DNA of 32,000 nt from the NCBI RefSeq assembly GCF_001545095.1, contig NZ_CP013213.1, positions 1,440,001 to 1,472,000 on the forward strand. The letters run 5' to 3'. The notes below the pieces were generated by a model, which saw only the letters and a list, made by a program, of their open reading frames with translations, did no database searches and had not been told where the DNA came from. A program made the position numbers and the translations under genes. The stretch is from Erysipelothrix larvae. GTDB lineage: Bacteria > Bacillota_I > Bacilli_A > Erysipelotrichales > Erysipelotrichaceae. Shown here in pieces: positions 16,581-25,788 of this stretch. How positions within the stretch are numbered: the first letter of the stretch is position 1; every line of letters starts with the position of its first letter.

Positions 16581-18853
16581 CCATTAATCTTTTTCATAAT
16601 TCCTGCAATGGCATAGGAGTCCGCAGGCTTCATGGCGGAGGCATCCCTTCCAAAGCATTCACACCAAATTTCCATATTGCAAACAAGCGTACGTTCAACC
16701 GTACCGACACGAGATTCCCCACCAAATTCACTACCGTTAAGGTAATTTCTTCGCTCGTATAAGGACAGGGCATTCCAATCATCGGGTAACAGCGTATCGA
16801 GGTAAGTGCGAACAAGGCCTTCTCGCTCATCACTTTCCATGGCATCTGCTTGCTCATTCGTTGCTAACTCTACATCACTGCCTTCTAAATAGAGCTTTTC
16901 ACCTTGGCTATACAGCACCAAAGTTTCTGCCCAAATCTGCTCTACATCGTATACGGACATCTGCCATGCTCTTCTTTTACCGTCACCACTAATACGCACA
17001 GGCCAGAATCTACGGTTACCAGTGATATCTCGCAAAAATCCACTCTCTGCATTGGTAGAACCGACAATAATACATTGACGAGGGTGACTTTCAACGTTCA
17101 CACCATAGCTTGCACGATACTTATCATCTGACCTTGAGATGAAGGATTTCACAACCTCCACATCAGTTTTTCGCATTCCGGCTAGTTCACCCAGTTCTAG
17201 GATCCAGTAGCCTTGGAGTTTTTCTGGGCCTGCTTTGTCTTTCATATCGGTGAGGGTTAAACTATCGGAAAACCAATCGCCTGCTAGTTTTGCAAAGAAG
17301 GTAGACTTACCGATACCTTGTGGTCCATTTAGAATTAAAACGCTGTCGAATTTCGTACCAGGATGAACAATTCTAGTGACTGCTGCCACCATCATTTTTC
17401 TGGTAACGGCTCTAGTATAGGAATTATCTGTTGCATTAAAATAATCAATCAGCAAGGTTTCAACGCGATCGGTTCCATCCCACTCTGGTAGATGATCCAG
17501 GTATTCTTTTATAGGATGATAGGATCGCTCTGCTGCGACTGCTAGTATTGCGTCCTTTGTTTTGGTTGGGGAGTAGATGCCATATTTATTAGACAGATAA
17601 ACTTTAAGGGCTGCATTATCTGAATCATTCCAGCCGCCCTTCATCTGTTCCCAAGGCAGTCCGTCTCTTGCATCGATTCCATCACGGTGCTTATTAAAAG
17701 CAATGGATTCTAGTTCTGAATCGTTACGGATGATGAGAACGATATTATCCAAGGTGTCCTTAATCTTTCCTTGCTTATCCAGCTCAAGTGCTGTCTGCCA
17801 GTTATCTTCAGTAAAATCGATTGTTGCCTGTTCCATCCGCTCTTTCATAAACTGTGCTTTTACTTCATCGTCTTGGATGGCAAATTCGCACATATTGATA
17901 AAGGATGGGAGTTTACTTGGAGGTGTGCTTTCTGTCGCTCGATCATCTAAATGACCAAACTTGTGAATGCGAACAAGGTCAAAAGCATTAAGCAGCCTCC
18001 CACTTGCAGGATCTGTTGCGTGGTGAGAATAGGCAAACTTATCATCATAGAGGATAACCCCTGCACTGGAGTCAGCCGGGATATAATCATAGCGACCAAC
18101 CATTACTGAAGGCTCGTATATATCCTTTAAGAACGTATCGATTGCAGTGCTTACTGAGTAGCTACGACAAAAAGTACCGATAACTCCCTCTTTTGAAAGT
18201 GGATCGGCTTGTTCTTTTAATGAGCGATCAAGTACTTCTGACTGCCTAGAGGATACGGGCCAAGTACTGGTGTCTCGCCAATCATCGTATTTATTTAGAA
18301 ATTCATCAGGATCAAGGAGAGAACCATCTTTTTCCTCATACACAAACACACCGTTTCTTGAAGTAGACGGCCAATACATCAATCTTTCCGGTTCATAGGT
18401 AGTGTCATCAAATAGATCGATGCCTACTTCCTTTGCTACCATACGGCTGACCGCGGCATATTCGTCTTCTCCCACATCACGCGAGAGAGGAATGATTAGT
18501 CTAAGCCTTGGATTTTCTGGGGTATGCTTATGGGTAGAATAGATACAGCACTGATACGGAAAGAATATACATATTTCACCCCATATGCTACTTGTACCAT
18601 AGTCCATATCAAGGGTTAGCATGGAGCGTGACAGCACATTACCTTTTTTACGTCTGCCGTCTTTTAAATGACCGCCAACAAAACCGCCGACATCTTTGAT
18701 TGAATCCTGTCCGCCCTTTTTCATCTTACGGTATTCTTCCACGGTTTCAGTAGTACGCTGTGTGGTCTTAACCCGGGAGCAAAAGTCCTCCCAGCTGATA
18801 TCTGTGTTTTTCCATTTCTTATCCATTCGGCTGTTGCCGTATGCTATCTTCAT
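16496..18853 (-). CDS. phage DNA primase / VirE-family P-loop NTPase
   Basis: 785 aa. The C-terminal half carries Walker A LILNGPQGIGKSTFFAKLAG and a VirE-like region (ILELGELAGMRKTDVEVVKSFISRSDDKYRASYG). The large N-terminal domain is compatible with a primase-polymerase. ATG 18853 overlaps the upstream stop as ATGA. Confidence 0.7.
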   Translation of the reverse strand: MKIAYGNSRMDKKWKNTDISWEDFCSRVKTTQRTTETVEEYRKMKKGGQDSIKDVGGFVGGHLKDGRRKKGNVLSRSMLTLDMDYGTSSIWGEICIFFPYQCCIYSTHKHTPENPRLRLIIPLSRDVGEDEYAAVSRMVAKEVGIDLFDDTTYEPERLMYWPSTSRNGVFVYEEKDGSLLDPDEFLNKYDDWRDTSTWPVSSRQSEVLDRSLKEQADPLSKEGVIGTFCRSYSVSTAIDTFLKDIYEPSVMVGRYDYIPADSSAGVILYDDKFAYSHHATDPASGRLLNAFDLVRIHKFGHLDDRATESTPPSKLPSFINMCEFAIQDDEVKAQFMKERMEQATIDFTEDNWQTALELDKQGKIKDTLDNIVLIIRNDSELESIAFNKHRDGIDARDGLPWEQMKGGWNDSDNAALKVYLSNKYGIYSPTKTKDAILAVAAERSYHPIKEYLDHLPEWDGTDRVETLLIDYFNATDNSYTRAVTRKMMVAAVTRIVHPGTKFDSVLILNGPQGIGKSTFFAKLAGDWFSDSLTLTDMKDKAGPEKLQGYWILELGELAGMRKTDVEVVKSFISRSDDKYRASYGVNVESHPRQCIIVGSTNAESGFLRDITGNRRFWPVRISGDGKRRAWQMSVYDVEQIWAETLVLYSQGEKLYLEGSDVELATNEQADAMESDEREGLVRTYLDTLLPDDWNALSLYERRNYLNGSEFGGESRVGTVERTLVCNMEIWCECFGRDASAMKPADSYAIAGIMKKINGWNKYQGNKNGTSNFPLYGRQRCYEKNE

Positions 18854-19284
18854 AGAGACTCTACCTCCTCAAAATCTTTATTAAAGTATCTAACCGGCTG
18901 TCTGCGCTTCTTTGCTTTTTCAATTTCAATACTCATACCTCTTGAAATCACATCACCTAGAACCCAGACCTCTTGGCATTTGCCCATCAGGATAATATCC
19001 ATAAAAATTGCGAGGTCACGTTCCTGTTCATTGTTATCATCCATGAACTGTGGAAACATAAGGTGAGGAGCAAGCGGGATGTTCCCCTTATCGAAAGCAA
19101 AACGGCAGAACTCCCGTGTCCGCTTATTATTGATTTCTATATCTCCGCTAAAAGGAGAGCAGATATAGACAAGAGGCTTAAAGGCAGCTTTTGCTGCTGC
19201 CCTTTCCTCACGGGTGATATTACTAAGTGCTTTATGAGGAGTTGGGTCATGATACCCTTCTGCATTTTTCATATTGATTCCCAT
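18850..19284 (-). CDS. DUF4406 / nucleoside 2-deoxyribosyltransferase-like protein
   Basis: Start re-assigned to ATG 19284 with GGAGG 6 nt upstream. The core is PLVYICSPFSGDIEINNKRTREFCRFAFDKGNIPLAPHLMFPQF...EVWVLGDVISRGMSIEIEKAKK. The family assignment is from memory. Confidence 0.45.
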   Translation of the reverse strand: MGINMKNAEGYHDPTPHKALSNITREERAAAKAAFKPLVYICSPFSGDIEINNKRTREFCRFAFDKGNIPLAPHLMFPQFMDDNNEQERDLAIFMDIILMGKCQEVWVLGDVISRGMSIEIEKAKKRRQPVRYFNKDFEEVESL

Positions 19285-19285
19285 A

Positions 19286-20068
19286 TCACACCTCCATCTC
19301 AATCTGCGGATAAATACCATCCGCTTTCAACTGTTCATAGATAAAGAGTCTGCCTTTTTGTGTCCACTTGGTATGCACTTTCGTATGTTGGATACCTTTG
19401 CTATCTTCATAAATGTGAGTGTTAGTCTTGGTATATCCATTTGGAGCATACTTTTGATAGAGAAGCCAAATAGTTCCTTGTTTGTACTGAATGCCTTTTT
19501 CATGAAGGTATTCGTTCATGCGCATGGCACTCCAGCCGTAATCTTTGGCAATCACAGAGATATTGACTGCATCCCTGCATTTAAGAACCACATCATAGTA
19601 AGTAGCCTTGGGTTTCATCTCAGCAATTTGCTGCTGACCAATCGCAACGGCTGCCATCAATTCCTTGTTCTTTTCACGTTCCTCTTTCAGTGCAGTAAAT
19701 GCAGCAATGGCAAGGTCAGGATTTGCGATTAAATCATCTGTTGCATAAAGTCCATGTTTGCGAATAGCAGGGAGGACTTCATTGGTGACCCATCGCTTAA
19801 ACTTTTTTGCATTTGGCATCTTGCTGGAGAGTATGAGGCTATAAAGGCCGGATTCGTTTATCGCAATCATCGTTTGATTTCTTCCGATGGCGTCACGAAT
19901 CGTTACGTCATCCTTATCCTCTTCATCAATGTGGTCGATCAAAGCTTTGCGAGTATTTGCATAACCAAGAATGCTTGCTACATCCTTGCCAACAAAATAT
20001 GGTTGCCCGCCAATCGTTGTAGTACGTACAGAGCCGAACTCTGCATTTTTGTAAACTTGTAATTCCAT
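19286..20068 (-). CDS. Bro-N / KilAC-domain phage antirepressor
   Basis: Start re-assigned to ATG 20068 (MELQVYKNAEFGSVRTTTIGGQPYFVGKDVASILGY...: Bro-N) with GGAGG 8 nt upstream. The C-terminus is KilAC-like (ATYYDVVLKCRDAVNISVIAKDYGWSAMRMNEYLHEKGIQYK). Confidence 0.8.
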   Translation of the reverse strand: MELQVYKNAEFGSVRTTTIGGQPYFVGKDVASILGYANTRKALIDHIDEEDKDDVTIRDAIGRNQTMIAINESGLYSLILSSKMPNAKKFKRWVTNEVLPAIRKHGLYATDDLIANPDLAIAAFTALKEEREKNKELMAAVAIGQQQIAEMKPKATYYDVVLKCRDAVNISVIAKDYGWSAMRMNEYLHEKGIQYKQGTIWLLYQKYAPNGYTKTNTHIYEDSKGIQHTKVHTKWTQKGRLFIYEQLKADGIYPQIEMEV

Positions 20069-20132
20069 TCGAATTACCTCCTTGTGTTTTTTTGGAGGTC
20101 TTGACCTCCTACCTAGTAGCCTTGGGAGAAGG

Positions 20133-20681
20133 TCAAATCTGACGGTTTTCATATTCTTCTTGTAATTTCTTTGTGGCTCGCTTTAATTTCTGAGTAATAT
20201 TGTTTTCACTTACACCGATGGAACTGGCATATTCTCGAATCGACATACCGTCAATGCGTACTGCAATGAACATATCTGCCCAGTCCTGCTTTTTACCAAG
20301 AGCGGTGCGTATCCATTGGCAGACAGATTCGTACTCATCTTGGAGACTCCGTTCTATCTCCTGAGAGTTATCAGCGAAAGTATCCATGACATCAGTTTCA
20401 TCTTCAGCCTGATCATCTTTACGATAAGGAGTCTTTGGCTTGCCAAGATGCCTATGATAGCGGCGCCAATGGTTGTATTCCTTGTTGTTCATGAGGTCGA
20501 ACATTTCCTGTAGAGTCTCGCAGCGTTTCACCTCGGATTTCTTTTCAGGCTTTGCCTCTGCAAGACGTTGCTCATAGTCGATATCCAGCATGACGCTGTA
20601 ATCTCCATCTGGAATTTCAATTGTGGTGTAGTTCTTGTGACCATTTTTGATGTTGTCTTCATATAAAACTCGAATCTTCAT
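20133..20681 (-). CDS. sigma-70 region-4 HTH protein (early regulator candidate)
   Basis: 182 aa. The C-terminus MSIREYASSIGVSENNITQKLKRATKKLQEEY resembles a sigma r4 HTH. It is the first phage-type gene after the leader region. Confidence 0.5.
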   Translation of the reverse strand: MKIRVLYEDNIKNGHKNYTTIEIPDGDYSVMLDIDYEQRLAEAKPEKKSEVKRCETLQEMFDLMNNKEYNHWRRYHRHLGKPKTPYRKDDQAEDETDVMDTFADNSQEIERSLQDEYESVCQWIRTALGKKQDWADMFIAVRIDGMSIREYASSIGVSENNITQKLKRATKKLQEEYENRQI

Positions 20682-20720
20682 AAAGTATTCCTTTCCGCCT
20701 AGTCATTGGGCGGCGAAATA

Positions 20721-20755
20721 CAAAAAGAGCCTGTAGTGAAGATGACCACAGACTC
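20721..20755 (-). terminator. intrinsic terminator (minus strand)
   Basis: The minus strand reads GAGUCUGUGGU-CAUCUUC-ACUACAGGCUC (11-bp stem including 2 G-U pairs, 7-nt loop) followed by UUUUUG. It lies only about 40 nt upstream of the ATG at 20681. Confidence 0.6.
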
Positions 20756-20760
20756 CGCTT

Positions 20761-20873
20761 GTCCTAAAAAAGGGCACACGAAATAACGGTGGGTGCATCT
20801 TCATTCCAAACACAGTCTTTGTCACTGTGTTCTGAACTCTTATGCATCCCGCCGTCCGTATGCGCACTAGGAC
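20761..20873 (-). other. 113-nt nested imperfect hairpin followed by T6 on the minus strand (terminator-like element or structured RNA)
   Basis: Four nested arm pairs: GTCCTA/TAGGAC (20761-66 / 20868-73), GGGCACACG/CGTATGCGC, CGGTGGGTGCA/TGCATCCCGCCG, and a perfect core AACACAGT/ACTGTGTT (20809-16 / 20824-31). The minus-strand transcript would end ...CGUGUGCCCUUUUUU. Confidence 0.4.
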
Positions 20874-20983
20874 TTTGAGATTGATTTTGTTGAGCGATAA
20901 CTGCTCTGGATAGATTTCTCCCTTAGGGAGGATAGGTAGGCTGATTATTCAAATCTGTCTCTACATATCATTTGTTTTGAAAA

Positions 20984-21133
20984 TTACTTTTTCTTGCTTG
21001 GTCTTGTTTGACTTAAAGCACTGCCAGCAACCGACTTTGCTTTCTTGCTGTAGCGACCATCATTAAGAATTTTGCTTGCTTTTGATGCCACTCTTTTTGA
21101 TGTTTGCTTTGAATTTTTTCGTATTATGTTCAC
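20984..21133 (-). CDS. possible 49-aa Lys/Ser-rich small protein (doubtful)
   Basis: The open frame reads (V)NIIRKNSKQTSKRVASKASKILNDGRYSKKAKSVAGSALSQTRPSKKK*. The only in-frame start is a GTG directly abutting GGAGG with no spacer; ATA codons lie 5 and 8 nt downstream of GGAGG. It is below the ORF-track size cut-off. Confidence 0.2.
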   Translation of the reverse strand: MNIIRKNSKQTSKRVASKASKILNDGRYSKKAKSVAGSALSQTRPSKKK

Positions 21134-21303
21134 CTCCTACATCTAATGAATTTCAAAGATAATCCTTTGATACTTCTATTATCACTGATTATTAATTCTT
21201 AAAATATGGATACAGTAGGGATGGAATATGGAAAGAGTATGGGAATTAAAAAAGAACAAATCGAGTAGGAGATGAGAGATTAATTCCCTCACCGACCTCT
21301 CAC

Positions 21304-21337
21304 ACCACCGTACGTACGGTTCCGTATACGGCGGTTC
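21304..21337 (-). ncRNA. group II intron domain V
   Basis: The minus strand reads GAACCGCCGUAUACGGAACCGUACGUACGGUGGU. This gives a 9-bp basal helix (ACCGCCGUA/UACGGUGGU), a 2-nt CG bulge, a 4-bp upper helix, and CGC in the catalytic-triad position. It starts 4 nt after the RT stop codon. Confidence 0.85.
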
Positions 21338-21341
21338 AGTT

Positions 21342-22628
21342 TTACATGACATGTTTTGTCTGATAATATGAACTTGCGGATAGTAAGCCAAATCTTGCTA
21401 ATCGCTCATTTGTTATGGTAGTGGTTAAAACCCAAGAGTAGGCTATTCTGGCATATGATTTGCTAGAATAGCTGTTTTTGTATGCTTCATTTGTCGACAT
21501 TCCGAGCTTGCGTAACTGCTTTCGTCGGTTTTTAGGTGTTTTCCATAGTTTCCAAATGCACATCCGCAAACGTACTCGTAGATTACTATCAATTTTATCT
21601 AGTACCATTTTCATTCTGGCTATCCTAAAGTAATTGACCCATCCACGAATATTCTCATTGATTTTCTGAACACGGTACTTTGTGTTCACTCCCCAACTAC
21701 GTTTAGTGAGATACTTGATTTTCTTACGAAAATTATTGATGGCAATCTCATGTGGCTTTGGAAGATACTTTCTTTCCTTCCTTCCCCAGAAGAATCCGAA
21801 GCCTAGAAACTTAAACTCGGGATTATTTGGTCTTACAATCTTAGACTTCTCGGCATTTACAATTAGCCCTAGCTTATCCTCAATAAATCGCACAATATTA
21901 CGCATGACTCGTCTTGCAGACATCTCACTTTTGACAAGTATGATACAATCATCGGCATATCTTACAAAACGTAATCGACGTGACTCGAGTTCTTTATCTA
22001 GCTCATTGAGCATAATGTTACTGAGTAACGGGGATAAGTTCCCACCTTGAGGTGTACCCATCGTTGATTCAATATCACCTTCATCTGTACGAATCCCACT
22101 CACCAAATATTTTCTGATAAGCGATATGACGTCGCCATCTTCTATTGTTCGAGCCACAAGATTCATAAGGCGGTCATGATGAACGGTATCAAAGAATCGC
22201 TCCAAATCAATATCCACTACCCATTGATAGCCTTCATTCATATATTCTAACGCCTGCTGAATGGCCATTTCAGCTCGTTTACGAGGGCGAAAACCATAGC
22301 TGTATTGGCTAAACTCAGCGTCGAATATAGGCGTGATGACTTGAGATATTGCTTGTTGGATTACACGGTCGACGACCGTGGGTATTCCCAATAAACGTAC
22401 ACCGCCATTAGGTTTTGGTATTTCCACTCTCAGAACTGGTTGGGGGTTGTATTGTCGTTGAAGTATTTGTTTTCTCACCTCTAGGCCATTTCGTACAAAA
22501 TAAGCTTTCACCTCATCGACAGTCATACCATCGACGCCAGGTTTTCCTTTATTTCTCCGCACTTGTCCAATTGCCAGTTCAATATTTTCGTGACTTAATA
22601 CCTCCTTCATCAAGTTCTTTGTATACAT
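21342..22628 (-). CDS. group II intron reverse transcriptase/maturase (no endonuclease domain)
   Basis: Start re-assigned to ATG 22628 (MYTKNLMKEVLSHENIELAIGQVRRNKGKPGVDGMTVDE...). RT blocks are present: RVEIPKPNGGVRLLGIPTVVDRVIQQA, TPQGGNLSPLLSNIMLNELD and the YADD box (FVRYADDCIILV). An X/maturase region follows (IRGWVNYFRIA). The ORF ends without a D/En (HNH) domain. Confidence 0.9.
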   Translation of the reverse strand: MYTKNLMKEVLSHENIELAIGQVRRNKGKPGVDGMTVDEVKAYFVRNGLEVRKQILQRQYNPQPVLRVEIPKPNGGVRLLGIPTVVDRVIQQAISQVITPIFDAEFSQYSYGFRPRKRAEMAIQQALEYMNEGYQWVVDIDLERFFDTVHHDRLMNLVARTIEDGDVISLIRKYLVSGIRTDEGDIESTMGTPQGGNLSPLLSNIMLNELDKELESRRLRFVRYADDCIILVKSEMSARRVMRNIVRFIEDKLGLIVNAEKSKIVRPNNPEFKFLGFGFFWGRKERKYLPKPHEIAINNFRKKIKYLTKRSWGVNTKYRVQKINENIRGWVNYFRIARMKMVLDKIDSNLRVRLRMCIWKLWKTPKNRRKQLRKLGMSTNEAYKNSYSSKSYARIAYSWVLTTTITNERLARFGLLSASSYYQTKHVM

Positions 22629-23120
22629 GTCTGTTAGTCCTTTCTGTTTCGTGAAGTCGGTATCTACTTTTACGCTCAATGCCAGTAGTCCTTTGCCTGC
22701 TTCCAATTGAGAATTCTTAACAATAAAACTGTTCAGCCCTTCACTCCTTCTACCTTTCGATAGACGTCTTCATTACTATGGCTTCGGCTGACTTCTCACG
22801 TTCCAGTCCTATATCACTATAAGAGTTTGGTGCAGAGACGTGAGACCTCCCCAGTTAAGGTACAAACTCTTCCTCTCTATCTATCCGCCACATTTACACC
22901 ACTTGATTATGTCAGTAACTATTGGGCTTCAACTTCTTTTGCAGCCTTACCCTCAAGTGTCGCCTTTTATGTGATTTCTGTTCGTCGGACCAGAGATTTG
23001 CCTTAGACTTCCTTCAGATTCCACCTCGCGATGGACACCCTTGTCTTTAGCTATACGTTTTCCGTTACTGGGACACGTTAGGGACTTTAACCCTTAAGAG
23101 TTTGCCCATGCTGGGCAAAC

Positions 23121-23150
23121 AAAAATAGCCCCCTGCATTTCTGCAGGAGG
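23121..23150 (-). terminator. intrinsic terminator of the helicase gene and intron homing site
   Basis: The minus strand reads CCUCCUGCA-GAAA-UGCAGGGGG followed by CUAUUUUU. It starts 18 nt after the helicase stop. The intron's first base (23120) immediately follows the T-tract. Confidence 0.75.
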
Positions 23151-23168
23151 CATAATTGATGCTTAGAA

Positions 23169-25784
23169 CTAATCTATAAATAATTCAGGCATATTAAATT
23201 GTATATCGTGTGCTTCAGTTTCTACACCGACATTACCACATGTCAGTATCGAACGGTGAATTTGTATTTCACCATCAACTTCTATTAAATATTTATTCTG
23301 ATTAGTTGGTTCTTCTATATATTTTGAAGATTCTCGTGAAAAACCACTTTGTTGAAGAAAAATAGTCAAAGGATTTGTTGTACCGTATTCCACATATTCA
23401 TACCAATCATTTTGGAAATGATCTACTTGATGTACATCCTTATATTCCAGGGAAAATTTCCTAAAATAATTTGAGATACTAAATAAAAGGACATTTTCAA
23501 TTACACCAAGTGTTTCAGAAATAATATAGTTTTTGTGGGATTTGGAGTTCTTATTATAAACATCAGCCATTTTCATATTGCCAACCCATACACCTGAATT
23601 TGGATTTTTCTCTTTATATTTAAGTGCATGGTATATAATCTGACTAAGGCCATTGCCCCTAATCCATCTTAATAGGATAACTGCATACCACCTGACAACA
23701 GAGTCCTCTCTATAGGTACCTGATTTTCCTATCGTACGTTTTTCATAAATATCCCATTTGAAAACCTTTCGAAGTTTCATGAGGAAATCGACTAATTCTT
23801 CAAAATCAACCTCATCATTTTCTCCTGTTAATTTTGGATATTCTTGTCCACTTTCAACAAGCTCTCTTAAATTGATAATTTGGTCGTATGAAAAATTGAT
23901 ATCGTCACTTGTCTTTTCGACAGGAAAGTTTTCTTTTATTTTATATTCACTTTCTTCATCTAATAGCGATGAAAAAGCTTCTCGTATAGGTGTAATATTA
24001 TCCTCTGCAATATCTTTGGTAAAAATCATTGCAAATTTACGTAGAGCATCAAAGTCCTTTTCTGTAGCTGCTTCACGAACCTTAGTCAATTCCATATCAC
24101 CACGAGCTAAATCATCAACTACCAAGCTTAAATATTTTTTGTTATCTATTAAGTTAATGGAAATCTCTTGTTTTGGAACATCGTTTTGAAGTAAATCAAT
24201 ATAATTCTGAGTTTTAAGTCTGTCCTCCATGCGAATCAAGAACACATTTCCATATAAATTATATTTTATGCGCCCAACACGTCCTACTAAGTTTCTAAAT
24301 TCCACCTCATCCATATTAGAATTTCCGTTTCTATAGCTTGTAATAAATAAATTGTCTGCTGGTAGATTTACTCCTTCAACAAGTGTGCTAGTACAGAATA
24401 TTGTTCTTAGAATACCATCAACAAAACTCTTCTCTATTCTTAATCGGATGTTGGTAGGGAGGTATCCGACATGATATGCTACGCCTCGTTGTATTAAATC
24501 AGCAAGATAACAATCATTATGGACTTCATTACGGATATCATTAGCTAATGAGATAAGTTTCTCATCATCTTTAATAGGAAGTTTGCTTGCATATTGTACA
24601 GCATAATCGACAACTTTTTGTCTCGAATTACAATAGATAATGTTTTGTTGTGTGGATCCAACTCGATTAACAATATCACTCAGCTCATCTTCTTGTGGTA
24701 TTTTTCCTATAGATGATAATGATTTTGAATAATCATTATAAAAATAAGCTTGACCTTCGCACAAATCTAGAAAATATTTAAACTGGCATACCGGTGTATA
24801 TTTTGATGCTAGTTTTTTCACTTCATCTATATTGATTTTTGGTATCAAACTGAGGTATACCTCAGGGTTTGGAATATTTGGAGACGCAAAAATTACTGTT
24901 GGCATTTCCTTCATCTTAGATAGCTGTGCAATCACTTTATAGTAATATGTACTCCGCCCTCCTCTATCAGATATTTTGTGAGCCTCATCTATAAATAGGA
25001 AATCTATTTTTATCTGTGGCTTGCCTATCATCATATGCAGTAGACGTTCAGGAGTCATAACAAAAATGAAGCTGTGTTCTTGTTGTAATACAATATCTCC
25101 AGATGCACTGACAACACGATAATTTGTCTCTTTTAGCTTTTCTTGAAGACTTCCAATTATTTCACTTCTGACTTCGTTTATCAAAGCTTTAGTGGGTACA
25201 AGAATAGCGAAATTCTTGGTTGAACCATTTTCTATTTGTTGTTTAATATATGTTTGTACGACAAATGATTTTCCCATAGAAGTAGGTCCAGAATAGCTAA
25301 AGTACTTGTAATTTAATCCATCATACACATCTTTCTGATCATGAAAAAAATAACTGCCCTCTTCACCTGGTATTTGTAACCTAGATTTATCATACTCAAA
25401 ATACAAACCATCAAACACATTAGAAGTTTGAAATCCCTCAATATAAGTGGATTTCAAGCCACGATAATTACCAACTGTCGAAAGAACAGAACCGAGGTAA
25501 TACTTTACTGCTAAATCCTCTGGATAAACAATACTTAACAAAATCACGAGTTCCTGACCCCACAAGCGATGTTCATCACGTTTATCTGGAAGGGTGGATT
25601 TTGCTAACAAATCTGCAAATCTTAATGCATCTTTTATATTTATTTCTTTTTGCTGTTTTCTTAACTTAAACAGATTGATTGAATAATCATAAAGCAATGA
25701 TTCGTATATTTCTTTCAAATAATCATTCTTGTCAATATCTCTATACAGTGCTTCGGCAAGAGTCTGATTTCTTGGTGTTTGCAT
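23169..25784 (-). CDS. hamB: Ski2-like DEAH-box SF2 helicase, HamB-like (Hachiman-type effector partner)
   Basis: Motifs present: motif I SGPTSMGKS (25266-25289), motif II FIDEAHK (DEAH at 24978-24989), GVAYHVGYLP, TSTLVEGVNLP, and motif VI NLVGRVGRI. A roughly 350-aa C-terminal region shows no motif. Start re-assigned to ATG 25784, 4 nt after the upstream TAG and preceded by GGGAGGTAGGAGG. Confidence 0.65.
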   Translation of the reverse strand: MQTPRNQTLAEALYRDIDKNDYLKEIYESLLYDYSINLFKLRKQQKEINIKDALRFADLLAKSTLPDKRDEHRLWGQELVILLSIVYPEDLAVKYYLGSVLSTVGNYRGLKSTYIEGFQTSNVFDGLYFEYDKSRLQIPGEEGSYFFHDQKDVYDGLNYKYFSYSGPTSMGKSFVVQTYIKQQIENGSTKNFAILVPTKALINEVRSEIIGSLQEKLKETNYRVVSASGDIVLQQEHSFIFVMTPERLLHMMIGKPQIKIDFLFIDEAHKISDRGGRSTYYYKVIAQLSKMKEMPTVIFASPNIPNPEVYLSLIPKINIDEVKKLASKYTPVCQFKYFLDLCEGQAYFYNDYSKSLSSIGKIPQEDELSDIVNRVGSTQQNIIYCNSRQKVVDYAVQYASKLPIKDDEKLISLANDIRNEVHNDCYLADLIQRGVAYHVGYLPTNIRLRIEKSFVDGILRTIFCTSTLVEGVNLPADNLFITSYRNGNSNMDEVEFRNLVGRVGRIKYNLYGNVFLIRMEDRLKTQNYIDLLQNDVPKQEISINLIDNKKYLSLVVDDLARGDMELTKVREAATEKDFDALRKFAMIFTKDIAEDNITPIREAFSSLLDEESEYKIKENFPVEKTSDDINFSYDQIINLRELVESGQEYPKLTGENDEVDFEELVDFLMKLRKVFKWDIYEKRTIGKSGTYREDSVVRWYAVILLRWIRGNGLSQIIYHALKYKEKNPNSGVWVGNMKMADVYNKNSKSHKNYIISETLGVIENVLLFSISNYFRKFSLEYKDVHQVDHFQNDWYEYVEYGTTNPLTIFLQQSGFSRESSKYIEEPTNQNKYLIEVDGEIQIHRSILTCGNVGVETEAHDIQFNMPELFID

Positions 25785-25788
25785 CCTC

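Larger units (their letters stand above)
21265..23120 (-). mobile_element. group IIC (bacterial class C) intron, apparently complete (3' boundary +/-10 nt)
   Basis: The 5' end GUUUGCCCAGCAUGGGCAAACUCUUAAGGGUUAAAGUCCCUAAC... and the later ...CAAGGGUGUCCAUCGCGAGGUGGAAUCUGAAGGAAG... closely parallel the Oceanobacillus iheyensis IIC intron as I remember it. Domain V carries a CGC catalytic triad, the RT ORF lies in domain IV, and the length is about 1.85 kb. It begins at the first base after the T-tract of an intrinsic terminator. Confidence 0.85.

Noticed and set aside
20094-20109. GGAGGTCTTGACCTCC hairpin between the sigma-r4 gene and the Bro gene
   Set aside because: On the transcribed (minus) strand it is followed by an A-run, not a T-run, so it is not an intrinsic terminator. 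The stem is only about 5 bp with a 6-nt loop.
20855-20873. A GTGCG pentamer on the minus strand (tcctaGTGCGcatacgg), which could be a second group II intron 5' end
   Set aside because: No domain V-like sequence, RT ORF or other intron landmarks lie downstream. The pentamer is part of the long hairpin stem.
20682-21264. Search for a tRNA gene or att core at the intron/phage seam
   Set aside because: I could find no tRNA-like T-arm (GGTTCGAAT-type) or cloverleaf. Without the other prophage end, no direct repeat can be identified by eye.
21182-21391. 69-aa minus-strand ORF downstream of the RT gene
   Set aside because: It spans intron domains V and VI and the 3' exon junction. The sequence is explained by conserved RNA structure, and no SD is present.
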